The notes under the pieces: generated by a model
What the model saw: the letters and a program-made list of their open reading frames with translations, nothing else
Told to the model about the DNA's origin: nothing
The model's database searches: none
NCBI RefSeq assembly: GCF_003334405.1
Contig: NZ_QOWM01000003.1
Source of the DNA: Escherichia coli
GTDB taxonomy: Bacteria; Pseudomonadota; Gammaproteobacteria; Enterobacterales; Enterobacteriaceae
Reading direction: 5' to 3' (one strand)
Length of the DNA: 64,000 bases
Program-made: the position numbers and the translations under genes
In this document: in pieces, positions 29,173 to 40,713 of the stretch
Layout: every line of letters starts with the position of its first letter
Numbering within the stretch: the stretch's first letter is position 1

Positions 29173-29676
29173 ATGACCGGTATGACGAATGTAACAAAGC
29201 TGGCCAGCGAGCCGTCAGGCCAGGAATTTCTGGTATTTACCCTTGGTGATGAAGAGTACGGTATTGATATCCTGAAAGTGCAGGAGATCCGTGGCTACGA
29301 TCAGGTAACACGGATTGCGAACACGCCAGCGTTTATCAAAGGCGTCACGAATCTGCGCGGCGTTATTGTGCCGATTGTTGACTTACGAATTAAGTTCAGC
29401 CAGGTGGATGTGGACTATAACGACAACACGGTAGTTATCGTCCTGAATCTCGGACAGCGGGTGGTCGGCATCGTGGTTGACGGCGTCTCAGACGTGCTTT
29501 CATTGACGGCGGAGCAAATTCGTCCGGCACCGGAATTTGCCGTGACGCTTTCAACAGAATATCTCACTGGACTGGGCGCACTGGGCGACCGGATGTTGAT
29601 TCTGGTGAACATCGAAAAACTGCTGAACAGCGAAGAGATGGCGCTGTTAGATAGCGCGGCGTCAGAAGTGGCGTAA
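29173..29676 (+). CDS. cheW: chemotaxis coupling protein CheW (167 aa)
   Basis: Translation [34 protein letters not shown]... matches CheW. Confidence 0.95.
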
Positions 29677-29702
29677 TTCTCCCGATTTCCTCAATTGAAA
29701 TG

Positions 29703-29732
29703 AACCCGATGATCTGCGCATCGGGTTTTTTA
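29703..29732 (+). terminator. rho-independent terminator after cheW
   Basis: 7-bp stem CCCGATG/CATCGGG followed by TTTTTT. Confidence 0.7.
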
Positions 29733-29762
29733 TTTCAATTTCGCGGCGGGTGGCATCAGCAA

Positions 29763-29789
29763 TAAAGTTTCCCCCCTCCTTGCCGATAA
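29763..29789 (+). promoter_or_regulatory. sigma28 promoter of the tar-tap-cheRBYZ operon
   Basis: Perfect TAAA(29763-29766)-N15-GCCGATAA(29782-29789), about 30 nt upstream of the tar ATG. Confidence 0.7.
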
Positions 29790-29820
29790 CGAGATCAACT
29801 TGTTTTCAGGAAGGTGCCTT

Positions 29821-31479
29821 ATGATTAACCGTATCCGCGTAGTCACGCTGTTGGTAATGGTGCTGGGGGTATTCGCACTGTTACAGCTTATTTCCGGCAG
29901 TCTGTTTTTTTCTTCCCTTCACCATAGCCAGAAGAGCTTTGTGGTTTCCAATCAATTACGGGAACAGCAGGGCGAGCTGACGTCAACCTGGGATTTAATG
30001 CTGCAAACGCGCATTAACCTGAGTCGTTCAGCGGTACGGATGATGATGGATTCCTCCAATCAACAAAGTAACGCCAAAGTTGAATTGCTCGATAGCGCCA
30101 GGAAAACATTGGCGCAGGCAGCGACGCATTATAAAAAATTCAAAAGCATGGCACCGTTACCTGAAATGGTCGCTACCAGTCGTAATATTGATGAAAAATA
30201 TAAAAACTATTACACAGCGTTAACTGAACTGATTGATTATCTAGATTATGGCAATACTGGAGCTTATTTCGCTCAGCCAACCCAGGGAATGCAAAATGCA
30301 ATGGGCGAAGCGTTTGCTCAGTACGCCCTCAGCAGTGAAAAACTGTATCGCGATATCGTCACTGACAACGCAGATGATTACCGATTTGCCCAGTGGCAAC
30401 TGGCGGTTATCGCGCTGGTGGTATTGATTCTGCTGGTGGCGTGGTACGGCATTCGCCGTATGTTGCTTACTCCGCTGGCAAAAATTATTGCTCACATTCG
30501 CGAAATCGCCGGTGGTAACCTGGCGAATACCCTGACCATTGACGGGCGCAGTGAAATGGGCGACCTGGCGCAGAGCGTTTCACATATGCAACGCTCTTTG
30601 ACTGACACCGTCACTCATGTCCGCGAAGGTTCAGATGCCATCTATGCCGGTACCCGTGAAATTGCGGCGGGCAACACCGATCTTTCCTCCCGTACTGAAC
30701 AGCAGGCATCCGCGCTGGAAGAAACTGCCGCCAGCATGGAGCAGCTCACCGCGACAGTGAAGCAAAACGCCGATAACGCCCGCCAGGCCTCGCAACTGGC
30801 GCAAAGTGCCTCCGACACCGCCCAGCACGGCGGCAAAGTGGTGGATGGCGTAGTGAAAACGATGCATGAGATCGCCGATAGTTCGAAGAAAATTGCCGAC
30901 ATTATCAGCGTTATCGACGGTATTGCCTTCCAGACTAATATCCTCGCGCTGAATGCCGCGGTTGAAGCCGCGCGTGCGGGTGAACAGGGCCGTGGTTTTG
31001 CCGTGGTGGCGGGTGAAGTGCGTAATCTTGCCAGTCGCAGCGCCCAGGCGGCAAAAGAGATCAAAGCCCTCATTGAAGACTCCGTCTCACGCGTTGATAC
31101 CGGTTCGGTGCTGGTCGAAAGCGCCGGGGAAACAATGAACAATATCGTCAATGCTGTCACTCGCGTGACTGACATTATGGGCGAGATTGCATCGGCATCG
31201 GATGAACAGAGCCGTGGCATCGATCAAGTCGCATTGGCGGTTTCGGAAATGGATCGCGTCACGCAACAGAACGCATCGCTGGTGCAGGAATCAGCTGCCG
31301 CCGCCGCTGCGCTGGAAGAACAGGCGAGTCGTTTAACGCAAGCAGTTTCCGCGTTCCGTCTGGCAGCCAGCCCACTCACCAATAAACCGCAAACACCATC
31401 CCGTCCTGCCAGTGAGCAACCACCGGCTCAGCCACGACTGCGAATTGCTGAACAAGATCCAAACTGGGAAACATTTTGA
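29821..31479 (+). CDS. tar: methyl-accepting chemotaxis protein II Tar (553 aa)
   Basis: Recognised N-terminus [21 protein letters not shown]; C-terminal NWETF pentapeptide; track ORF N-extended to 29800. Confidence 0.95.
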   Translation: MINRIRVVTLLVMVLGVFALLQLISGSLFFSSLHHSQKSFVVSNQLREQQGELTSTWDLMLQTRINLSRSAVRMMMDSSNQQSNAKVELLDSARKTLAQAATHYKKFKSMAPLPEMVATSRNIDEKYKNYYTALTELIDYLDYGNTGAYFAQPTQGMQNAMGEAFAQYALSSEKLYRDIVTDNADDYRFAQWQLAVIALVVLILLVAWYGIRRMLLTPLAKIIAHIREIAGGNLANTLTIDGRSEMGDLAQSVSHMQRSLTDTVTHVREGSDAIYAGTREIAAGNTDLSSRTEQQASALEETAASMEQLTATVKQNADNARQASQLAQSASDTAQHGGKVVDGVVKTMHEIADSSKKIADIISVIDGIAFQTNILALNAAVEAARAGEQGRGFAVVAGEVRNLASRSAQAAKEIKALIEDSVSRVDTGSVLVESAGETMNNIVNAVTRVTDIMGEIASASDEQSRGIDQVALAVSEMDRVTQQNASLVQESAAAAAALEEQASRLTQAVSAFRLAASPLTNKPQTPSRPASEQPPAQPRLRIAEQDPNWETF

Positions 31480-31524
31480 CGAGTATTTACTAACGCGGTC
31501 ATTGCCGCCTGATGGGGAGCGTTG

Positions 31525-33126
31525 ATGTTTAATCGTATTCGAATTTCGACCACGCTGTTTTTAATTTTGATTCTCTGCGGGATCTTGCAGATTGGCAGTA
31601 ACGGCATGTCTTTTTGGGCATTTCGCGACGATTTGCAACGACTGAATCAGGTCGAGCAGAGCAATCAGCAACGTGCGGCATTAGCGCAAACTCGGGCGGT
31701 AATGTTACAGGCCAGTACCGCGCTGAACAAAGCGGGCACTCTGACGGCACTTAGCTATCCGGCGGATGACATTAAAACGTTGATGACGACGGCGCGCGCC
31801 AGTCTGACGCAATCCACCACGCTGTTTAAAAGTTTTATGGCGATGACTGCGGGCAACGAGCACGTCAGGGGATTGCAAAAAGAGACGGAGAAAAGTTTTG
31901 CCCGCTGGCACAACGATCTCGAACATCAGGCGACCTGGCTTGAAAGTAATCAACTTTCGGATTTCCTCACTGCGCCGGTGCAGGGATCACAGAATGCGTT
32001 TGACGTTAACTTTGAGGCCTGGCAGCTGGAGATCAACCATGTGCTGGAAGCCGCCAGTGCGCAAAGCCAGCGTAACTATCAGATTTCGGCACTGGTGTTT
32101 ATCAGCATGATTATTGTTGCGGCGATCTACATCAGCAGTGCGCTGTGGTGGACGCGCAAGATGATTGTTCAACCACTGGCCATTATCGGTAGCCATTTTG
32201 ACAGCATTGCTGCGGGTAATCTGGCGCGTCCGATTGCGGTATATGGTCGTAATGAGATCACCGCCATTTTTGCCAGTCTGAAGACCATGCAGCAGGCTTT
32301 GCGTGGGACGGTAAGTGATGTGCGTAAGGGAAGCCAGGAGATGCACATTGGTATCGCGGAGATTGTCGCAGGCAATAACGATCTCTCAAGTCGTACCGAA
32401 CAGCAGGCGGCATCGCTGGCACAAACGGCCGCCAGTATGGAGCAATTAACCGCCACGGTAGGGCAAAACGCCGATAACGCACGACAGGCGTCGGAACTGG
32501 CAAAAAATGCCGCGACAACGGCGCAGGCGGGCGGTGTTCAGGTCAGTACCATGACTCACACCATGCAGGAGATCGCCACCAGCTCGCAAAAAATTGGCGA
32601 CATTATCAGCGTTATCGACGGAATTGCTTTCCAGACCAATATTCTGGCCCTGAATGCGGCAGTGGAAGCGGCTCGCGCCGGAGAGCAGGGGCGTGGTTTT
32701 GCGGTAGTGGCAGGTGAAGTGCGCAATCTTGCCAGCCGTAGCGCGCAGGCAGCAAAAGAGATCAAAGGGCTGATCGAAGAGTCAGTCAATCGTGTCCAGC
32801 AGGGTTCGAAACTGGTGAATAACGCCGCCGCGACCATGATCGATATTGTCAGTTCGGTGACCCGCGTGAACGACATTATGGGAGAAATTGCCTCTGCGTC
32901 GGAAGAACAACAGCGGGGGATTGAGCAGGTTGCACAGGCTGTCAGCCAGATGGATCAGGTGACTCAGCAGAACGCCTCGCTGGTAGAAGAAGCGGCGGTG
33001 GCAACGGAACAACTGGCGAATCAGGCCGACCATCTTTCGTCGCGTGTGGCGGTATTTACCCTTGAAGAACATGAAGTAGCACGACATGAGTCGGTGCAGT
33101 TACAAATTGCGCCAGTGGTATCCTGA
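31525..33126 (+). CDS. tap: methyl-accepting chemotaxis protein IV Tap (533 aa)
   Basis: Recognised N-terminus MFNRIRISTTLFLIL; track ORF begins one codon upstream at a TTG. Confidence 0.95.
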   Translation: MFNRIRISTTLFLILILCGILQIGSNGMSFWAFRDDLQRLNQVEQSNQQRAALAQTRAVMLQASTALNKAGTLTALSYPADDIKTLMTTARASLTQSTTLFKSFMAMTAGNEHVRGLQKETEKSFARWHNDLEHQATWLESNQLSDFLTAPVQGSQNAFDVNFEAWQLEINHVLEAASAQSQRNYQISALVFISMIIVAAIYISSALWWTRKMIVQPLAIIGSHFDSIAAGNLARPIAVYGRNEITAIFASLKTMQQALRGTVSDVRKGSQEMHIGIAEIVAGNNDLSSRTEQQAASLAQTAASMEQLTATVGQNADNARQASELAKNAATTAQAGGVQVSTMTHTMQEIATSSQKIGDIISVIDGIAFQTNILALNAAVEAARAGEQGRGFAVVAGEVRNLASRSAQAAKEIKGLIEESVNRVQQGSKLVNNAAATMIDIVSSVTRVNDIMGEIASASEEQQRGIEQVAQAVSQMDQVTQQNASLVEEAAVATEQLANQADHLSSRVAVFTLEEHEVARHESVQLQIAPVVS

Positions 33127-33144
33127 AGTGATTGAGAAGGCGCT

Positions 33145-34005
33145 ATGACTTCATCTCTGCCCTGTGGGCAAACGTCTTTATTGTTACAGATGACCGAGCG
33201 CCTGGCGCTTTCCGACGCGCATTTTCGGCGGATAAGTCAATTGATCTATCAACGAGCCGGGATCGTTCTGGCTGACCATAAACGCGACATGGTTTACAAC
33301 CGACTGGTTCGTCGTTTGCGTTCGCTGGGACTGACGGATTTCGGTCATTATCTGAACTTGCTGGAATCTAATCAGCACAGCGGTGAGTGGCAGGCGTTTA
33401 TCAATTCGCTGACCACGAATCTGACGGCATTTTTCCGTGAGGCACATCATTTCCCTCTGCTCGCGGATCACGCACGTCGCCGTTCTGGCGAGTATCGCGT
33501 ATGGAGCGCGGCGGCTTCGACCGGCGAAGAGCCGTACAGCATTGCGATGACGCTGGCTGACACATTGGGCACCGCGCCCGGACGCTGGAAAGTGTTTGCC
33601 AGTGATATCGACACCGAAGTGCTGGAAAAAGCCAGAAGCGGTATCTATCGCCATGAAGAGTTGAAAAACCTGACGCCGCAGCAACTGCAACGGTATTTCA
33701 TGCGAGGGACGGGGCCGCATGAAGGGCTGGTACGCGTGCGTCAGGAGCTGGCGAACTATGTTGATTTTGCCCCGCTGAATCTACTGGCGAAACAGTACAC
33801 CGTGCCGGGGCCGTTTGATGCGATCTTCTGTCGTAACGTCATGATCTACTTCGATCAAACTACCCAGCAGGAGATTTTGCGCCGCTTTGTTCCGCTCCTT
33901 AAACCCGACGGATTGCTGTTTGCGGGTCACTCTGAAAACTTTAGCCACCTTGAGCGCCGCTTCACGCTGCGTGGTCAGACGGTGTATGCGCTAAGTAAGG
34001 ATTAA
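33145..34005 (+). CDS. cheR: chemotaxis methyltransferase CheR (286 aa)
   Basis: Full-length match to CheR. Confidence 0.95.
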   Translation: MTSSLPCGQTSLLLQMTERLALSDAHFRRISQLIYQRAGIVLADHKRDMVYNRLVRRLRSLGLTDFGHYLNLLESNQHSGEWQAFINSLTTNLTAFFREAHHFPLLADHARRRSGEYRVWSAAASTGEEPYSIAMTLADTLGTAPGRWKVFASDIDTEVLEKARSGIYRHEELKNLTPQQLQRYFMRGTGPHEGLVRVRQELANYVDFAPLNLLAKQYTVPGPFDAIFCRNVMIYFDQTTQQEILRRFVPLLKPDGLLFAGHSENFSHLERRFTLRGQTVYALSKD

Positions 34006-34007
34006 CG

Positions 34008-35461
<1,454 letters not shown>

Positions 35462-35471
35462 GGATGCGACT

Positions 35472-36116
35472 ATGATGCAACCATCAATCAAACCTGCTGA
35501 CGAGCATTCAGCTGGCGATATCATTGCGCGCATCGGCAGCCTGACGCGTATGCTGCGCGACAGTTTGCGGGAACTGGGGCTGGATCAGGCCATTGCCGAA
35601 GCGGCGGAAGCCATCCCCGATGCGCGCGATCGTTTGTACTATGTTGTGCAGATGACCGCCCAGGCTGCGGAGCGGGCGCTGAACAGTGTTGAGGCGTCAC
35701 AACCGCATCAGGATCAAATGGAGAAATCAGCAAAAGCGTTAACCCAACGTTGGGATGACTGGTTTGCCGATCCGATTGACCTTGCCGACGCCCGTGAACT
35801 GGTAACAGATACACGACAATTTCTGGCAGATGTACCCGCGCATACCAGCTTTACTAACGCGCAACTGCTGGAAATCATGATGGCGCAGGATTTTCAGGAT
35901 CTCACCGGGCAGGTCATTAAGCGGATGATGGATGTCATTCAGGAGATCGAACGCCAGTTGCTGATGGTGCTGTTGGAAAACATCCCGGAACAGGAGTCGC
36001 GTCCAAAACGTGAAAACCAGAGTTTGCTTAATGGACCTCAGGTCGATACCAGCAAAGCCGGTGTGGTAGCCAGTCAGGATCAGGTGGACGATTTGTTGGA
36101 TAGTCTTGGATTTTGA
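35472..36116 (+). CDS. cheZ: CheY-P phosphatase CheZ (214 aa)
   Basis: Recognised N-terminus [22 protein letters not shown]; track ORF N-extended to 35442. Confidence 0.93.
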
Positions 36117-36120
36117 TTTG

Positions 36121-36190
36121 TATTGCCTGATGTGGCGTGACCACGTCATATCAGGCGGTCTGATAAGGCGATGACGCCGCATCCGACAAA
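36121..36190. repeat. REP (BIME) elements between cheZ and flhB
   Basis: GCCTGATG...CATATCAGGC palindrome and CTGATAAGGCGATGACGCCGCATCCGAC, typical REP sequences. Confidence 0.6.
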
Positions 36191-36317
36191 CGCACACTAT
36201 GCTTGATGTGTGGCAGCAAAAGCCCTAAATCCCGCCTGTTTTGCCCCTTACTCAAACCATTGAACGCTTTGCGCTCTGGCATCATTCACGCTTAATACTC
36301 TTTCCAGGATTGGCGAC

Positions 36318-37466
36318 GTGTCTGACGAGAGCGACGACAAAACAGAAGCCCCCACACCTCACCGACTAGAAAAAGCGCGGGAAGAGGGGCAAATCCCGCG
36401 TTCCCGTGAACTGACCTCACTGCTGATTTTGCTGGTGGGCGTTAGTGTTATCTGGTTTGGCGGTGTGTCGCTGGCCCGTCGATTGTCGGGCATGCTCTCC
36501 GCTGGGCTGCATTTTGATCACAGTATTATCAATGACCCGAATCTGATCCTCGGGCAGATTATTCTGCTGATCAGAGAAGCCATGCTGGCGCTGCTGCCGC
36601 TGATTAGCGGCGTGGTGCTGGTGGCGCTCATTTCTCCGGTCATGCTGGGAGGGCTGGTATTTAGCGGCAAATCCTTGCAGCCGAAGTGTTCCAAACTCAA
36701 CCCGCTACCGGGCATTAAACGGATGTTCTCGGCTCAGACTGGCGCGGAGTTGCTTAAAGCAATTTTGAAAACCATCCTGGTTGGCAGCGTGACGGGGTTT
36801 TTTCTCTGGCATCACTGGCCGCAGATGATGCGCTTGATGGCCGAGTCTCCGATTACCGCCATGGGTAATGCGATGGATTTGGTAGGGCTATGCGCACTGC
36901 TGGTGGTGCTTGGTGTCATTCCAATGGTGGGATTTGACGTCTTTTTCCAAATATTCAGCCACCTGAAAAAGCTGCGTATGTCACGGCAGGATATTCGTGA
37001 TGAGTTCAAACAAAGCGAAGGTGACCCTCATGTTAAAGGGCGGATCCGTCAGATGCAGCGAGCTGCTGCACGGCGTCGGATGATGGCCGATGTGCCGAAA
37101 GCGGATGTCATTGTCAATAACCCGACCCACTATTCGGTAGCGTTGCAGTATGACGAAAACAAAATGAGCGCACCGAAAGTGGTCGCTAAAGGTGCAGGGC
37201 TGGTCGCGCTGCGCATTCGTGAAATTGGCGCTGAAAATAACGTCCCGACGCTTGAAGCGCCGCCGCTGGCGCGAGCGCTGTATCGACATGCGGAGATTGG
37301 TCAACAAATCCCGGGTCAACTGTACGCCGCGGTGGCGGAAGTGCTGGCCTGGGTCTGGCAACTGAAACGCTGGCGTCTGGCTGGTGGACAGCGCCCTGTA
37401 CAACCTACTCATCTTCCGGTGCCGGAAGCCCTGGATTTTATTAACGAGAAACCGACCCATGAGTAA
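36318..37466 (+). CDS. flhB: flagellar export apparatus protein FlhB (382 aa, GTG start)
   Basis: Translation MSDESDDKTEAPTPHRLEKAREEGQIPRSRELTS... with NPTH autocleavage motif. Confidence 0.95.
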   Translation: MSDESDDKTEAPTPHRLEKAREEGQIPRSRELTSLLILLVGVSVIWFGGVSLARRLSGMLSAGLHFDHSIINDPNLILGQIILLIREAMLALLPLISGVVLVALISPVMLGGLVFSGKSLQPKCSKLNPLPGIKRMFSAQTGAELLKAILKTILVGSVTGFFLWHHWPQMMRLMAESPITAMGNAMDLVGLCALLVVLGVIPMVGFDVFFQIFSHLKKLRMSRQDIRDEFKQSEGDPHVKGRIRQMQRAAARRRMMADVPKADVIVNNPTHYSVALQYDENKMSAPKVVAKGAGLVALRIREIGAENNVPTLEAPPLARALYRHAEIGQQIPGQLYAAVAEVLAWVWQLKRWRLAGGQRPVQPTHLPVPEALDFINEKPTHE

Positions 37467-39537
37467 TCTGGCCGCGATGCTGCGCCTGCCCGCAAACCTG
37501 AAATCGACACAATGGCAGATCCTTGCCGGACCGATTTTGATCCTGTTGATCTTGTCGATGATGGTGCTGCCACTGCCCGCATTCATACTCGACCTGTTGT
37601 TTACCTTCAATATTGCCTTGTCGATCATGGTGTTGCTGGTGGCGATGTTTACCCAGCGCACGCTTGAGTTTGCTGCGTTTCCGACCATTCTGTTGTTTAC
37701 CACGCTGTTGCGTCTGGCACTTAACGTGGCTTCAACCCGTATCATTTTAATGGAAGGGCATACCGGCGCGGCGGCGGCAGGGAAGGTGGTCGAAGCGTTC
37801 GGTCACTTCCTCGTTGGTGGCAATTTCGCTATCGGTATCGTGGTGTTTGTCATTCTCGTGATCATCAACTTTATGGTCATTACCAAAGGTGCCGGGCGTA
37901 TCGCAGAAGTGGGTGCGCGCTTTGTTCTCGATGGTATGCCGGGTAAGCAGATGGCGATTGACGCCGACCTTAACGCCGGATTGATTGGTGAAGATGAGGC
38001 GAAAAAACGCCGCTCCGAAGTGACTCAGGAAGCCGATTTTTACGGCTCAATGGACGGGGCAAGTAAGTTTGTTCGCGGCGATGCCATCGCCGGGATCCTC
38101 ATCATGGTCATTAACATTGTCGGCGGGTTGCTGGTCGGCGTGCTGCAACATGGCATGAGCATGGGACACGCGGCGGAAAGTTATACGCTATTGACCATTG
38201 GCGACGGTCTGGTGGCACAAATTCCGGCGCTGGTGATTTCTACCGCCGCGGGGGTCATCGTTACGCGTGTCAGCACCGATCAGGATGTTGGCGAGCAGAT
38301 GGTGAATCAGCTTTTCAGTAACCCAAGCGTTATGTTGTTAAGCGCCGCCGTGCTCGGTTTACTCGGCCTGGTGCCTGGAATGCCGAACCTGGTATTTTTG
38401 CTGTTCACTGCCGGATTGCTCGGGCTGGCCTGGTGGATACGCGGACGCGAACAAAAAGCGCCTGCCGAACCCAAACCGGTAAAAATGGCAGAGAATAATA
38501 CCGTTGTCGAAGCGACGTGGAACGATGTACAACTGGAAGATTCTCTGGGAATGGAAGTGGGTTATCGACTGATCCCGATGGTCGATTTCCAGCAGGATGG
38601 TGAGTTGTTGGGCCGTATACGCAGTATCCGCAAGAAATTTGCCCAGGAGATGGGATTTCTGCCGCCAGTGGTGCACATTCGCGACAATATGGATCTGCAA
38701 CCTGCCCGCTATCGCATTTTGATGAAAGGCGTGGAGATTGGCAGTGGTGATGCTTATCCGGGGCGCTGGCTGGCGATTAACCCTGGAACCGCTGCCGGGA
38801 CGTTACCTGGTGAGGCGACCGTCGATCCGGCATTTGGCCTGAATGCTATCTGGATTGAAAGTGCGCTAAAAGAACAGGCGCAGATTCAGGGGTACACAGT
38901 GGTTGAGGCCAGCACGGTGGTAGCAACGCATCTTAACCACCTCATTAGCCAGCATGCCGCAGAGCTGTTTGGTCGTCAGGAGGCGCAACAGCTGTTGGAT
39001 CGCGTCGCCCAGGAGATGCCAAAGCTGACGGAAGATCTCGTTCCTGGCGTCGTCACGCTCACCACACTGCATAAAGTGCTGCAAAATCTCCTCGATGAAA
39101 AAGTACCGATTCGCGATATGCGCACCATTCTCGAAACGCTGGCGGAACATGCGCCCATCCAAAGCGATCCACATGAATTAACCGCCGTCGTGCGCGTGGC
39201 GTTGGGACGGGCGATTACCCAGCAGTGGTTTCCTGGCAAAGATGAAGTCCATGTTATTGGCCTCGATACACCGCTGGAACGTTTGTTACTACAGGCGCTG
39301 CAGGGCGGGGGAGGACTGGAGCCAGGGCTGGCGGATCGTTTACTGGCGCAAACTCAGGAAGCGCTATCCCGTCAGGAGATGCTGGGTGCGCCGCCAGTAT
39401 TGTTGGTGAACCACGCGCTGCGACCATTATTGTCTCGCTTCCTGCGCCGCAGCTTGCCGCAGTTAGTGGTCCTGTCGAATCTGGAACTGTCTGATAACCG
39501 ACATATCCGCATGACGGCGACAATTGGCGGCAAATAA
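37459..39537 (+). CDS. flhA: flagellar export apparatus protein FlhA (692 aa)
   Basis: Recognised N-terminus MSNLAAMLRLPANLKSTQWQILAG; overlaps flhB by 8 nt; track ORF N-extended to 37384. Confidence 0.95.
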   Translation: MSNLAAMLRLPANLKSTQWQILAGPILILLILSMMVLPLPAFILDLLFTFNIALSIMVLLVAMFTQRTLEFAAFPTILLFTTLLRLALNVASTRIILMEGHTGAAAAGKVVEAFGHFLVGGNFAIGIVVFVILVIINFMVITKGAGRIAEVGARFVLDGMPGKQMAIDADLNAGLIGEDEAKKRRSEVTQEADFYGSMDGASKFVRGDAIAGILIMVINIVGGLLVGVLQHGMSMGHAAESYTLLTIGDGLVAQIPALVISTAAGVIVTRVSTDQDVGEQMVNQLFSNPSVMLLSAAVLGLLGLVPGMPNLVFLLFTAGLLGLAWWIRGREQKAPAEPKPVKMAENNTVVEATWNDVQLEDSLGMEVGYRLIPMVDFQQDGELLGRIRSIRKKFAQEMGFLPPVVHIRDNMDLQPARYRILMKGVEIGSGDAYPGRWLAINPGTAAGTLPGEATVDPAFGLNAIWIESALKEQAQIQGYTVVEASTVVATHLNHLISQHAAELFGRQEAQQLLDRVAQEMPKLTEDLVPGVVTLTTLHKVLQNLLDEKVPIRDMRTILETLAEHAPIQSDPHELTAVVRVALGRAITQQWFPGKDEVHVIGLDTPLERLLLQALQGGGGLEPGLADRLLAQTQEALSRQEMLGAPPVLLVNHALRPLLSRFLRRSLPQLVVLSNLELSDNRHIRMTATIGGK

Positions 39538-39929
39538 TGAGAACCTTATTAGCAATATTATTGTTTCCGCTGCTGGTGCAAGCCGCCGGGGAGGGGATGT
39601 GGCAGGCAAGTAGTGTAGGAATTACGCTAAATCATCGCGGTGAGTCGATGTCGTCTGCGCCTCTTTCTACGCGACAACCTGCTTCAGGATTGATGACGCT
39701 GGTAGCGTGGCGTTATCAGCTTATCGGCCCGACACCTTCAGGACTGCGGGTTCGCTTGTGTTCGCAATCTCGTTGTGTCGAATTAGAGGGGCAGAGCGGA
39801 ACCACCGTGGCCTTTTCCGGTATAGCGGCAGCAGAACCGTTGCGATTTATCTGGGAAGTGCCAGGCGGTGGGCGGTTAATTCCACCGCTAAAGGTACAAC
39901 GTAATGAAGTGATTGTGAATTATCGCTGA
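39537..39929 (+). CDS. flhE: flagellar protein FlhE (130 aa)
   Basis: Translation MRTLLAILLFPLLVQAAGEGMWQASSVGITLNHRGE... with signal peptide; start overlaps the flhA stop. Confidence 0.9.
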   Translation: MRTLLAILLFPLLVQAAGEGMWQASSVGITLNHRGESMSSAPLSTRQPASGLMTLVAWRYQLIGPTPSGLRVRLCSQSRCVELEGQSGTTVAFSGIAAAEPLRFIWEVPGGGRLIPPLKVQRNEVIVNYR

Positions 39930-40048
39930 AGGACAAAAAAATTACGCGCTCGCGAGTATGTTTAATAACTCAGTGAAAAAGGCTCGATGTCTTGTTGCAA
40001 TTATTTATCAGGAATAGCTTGCAACAAAACATGCCAAAAAGATGTGAA

Positions 40049-40558
40049 TTATCCTCTTGTCAAAGGGCTTGGATAAAAATCTTCAGAGTTACGGTATAGC
40101 TGCAACTGGCGAGTTCGCGTATTGGTCTGTATGATCATACATGAGAGCCATTCTGATTCAGAATAAGGGTCACTTAAATCCTGAACGTCCTCATTTGAAA
40201 GGATTAATTCACATTCTTTGTCCCTAAAATCCAGCCAGGCTCGCTGTGATTTTTTAAGCAAGTTAAGTTGTTCGGTATCAGGTTTTTTTACACCTGTGCG
40301 TGGCACTTGTTCTATATAACGATAAGCTTCACCATAGGCTTTATTTAATTGCGCATCGACGAGATTGTATTCTTGTCGCAGGCATGATTTGATCACGTTA
40401 ACGTCAGTATCATCATCTGAATTTTTTTGCCAACAATCTTTGATGGCTGAAATGTCATGGTCGTTTACTATAACCGTATCTTCTGCGTAAGCCTGGCAAG
40501 AGATAATGCCTAATGTTAATACAAGAAATTTAAACACTGCGGTATTCCTTAAATTCAA
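40049..40558 (-). CDS. yecT: secreted DUF1311 (lysozyme-inhibitor LprI-like) protein YecT (169 aa)
   Basis: Signal peptide MNLRNTAVFKFLVLTLGIISCQAYA; markedly AT-rich coding sequence. Confidence 0.8.
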   Translation of the reverse strand: MNLRNTAVFKFLVLTLGIISCQAYAEDTVIVNDHDISAIKDCWQKNSDDDTDVNVIKSCLRQEYNLVDAQLNKAYGEAYRYIEQVPRTGVKKPDTEQLNLLKKSQRAWLDFRDKECELILSNEDVQDLSDPYSESEWLSCMIIQTNTRTRQLQLYRNSEDFYPSPLTRG

Positions 40559-40713
40559 CCGTTATCGTTTCCCTGGGGCCGGATATTACGCTTCTGGCCT
40601 CTTATCCAACAGTGAGAAAACAATGGCATGTCCATTTTCAGAATACATTTAGATGGCAATAAAAAAGCCTGATCGGCTAACCCTGATCAGGCTTCACTCT
40701 CACGAAAAATCGA

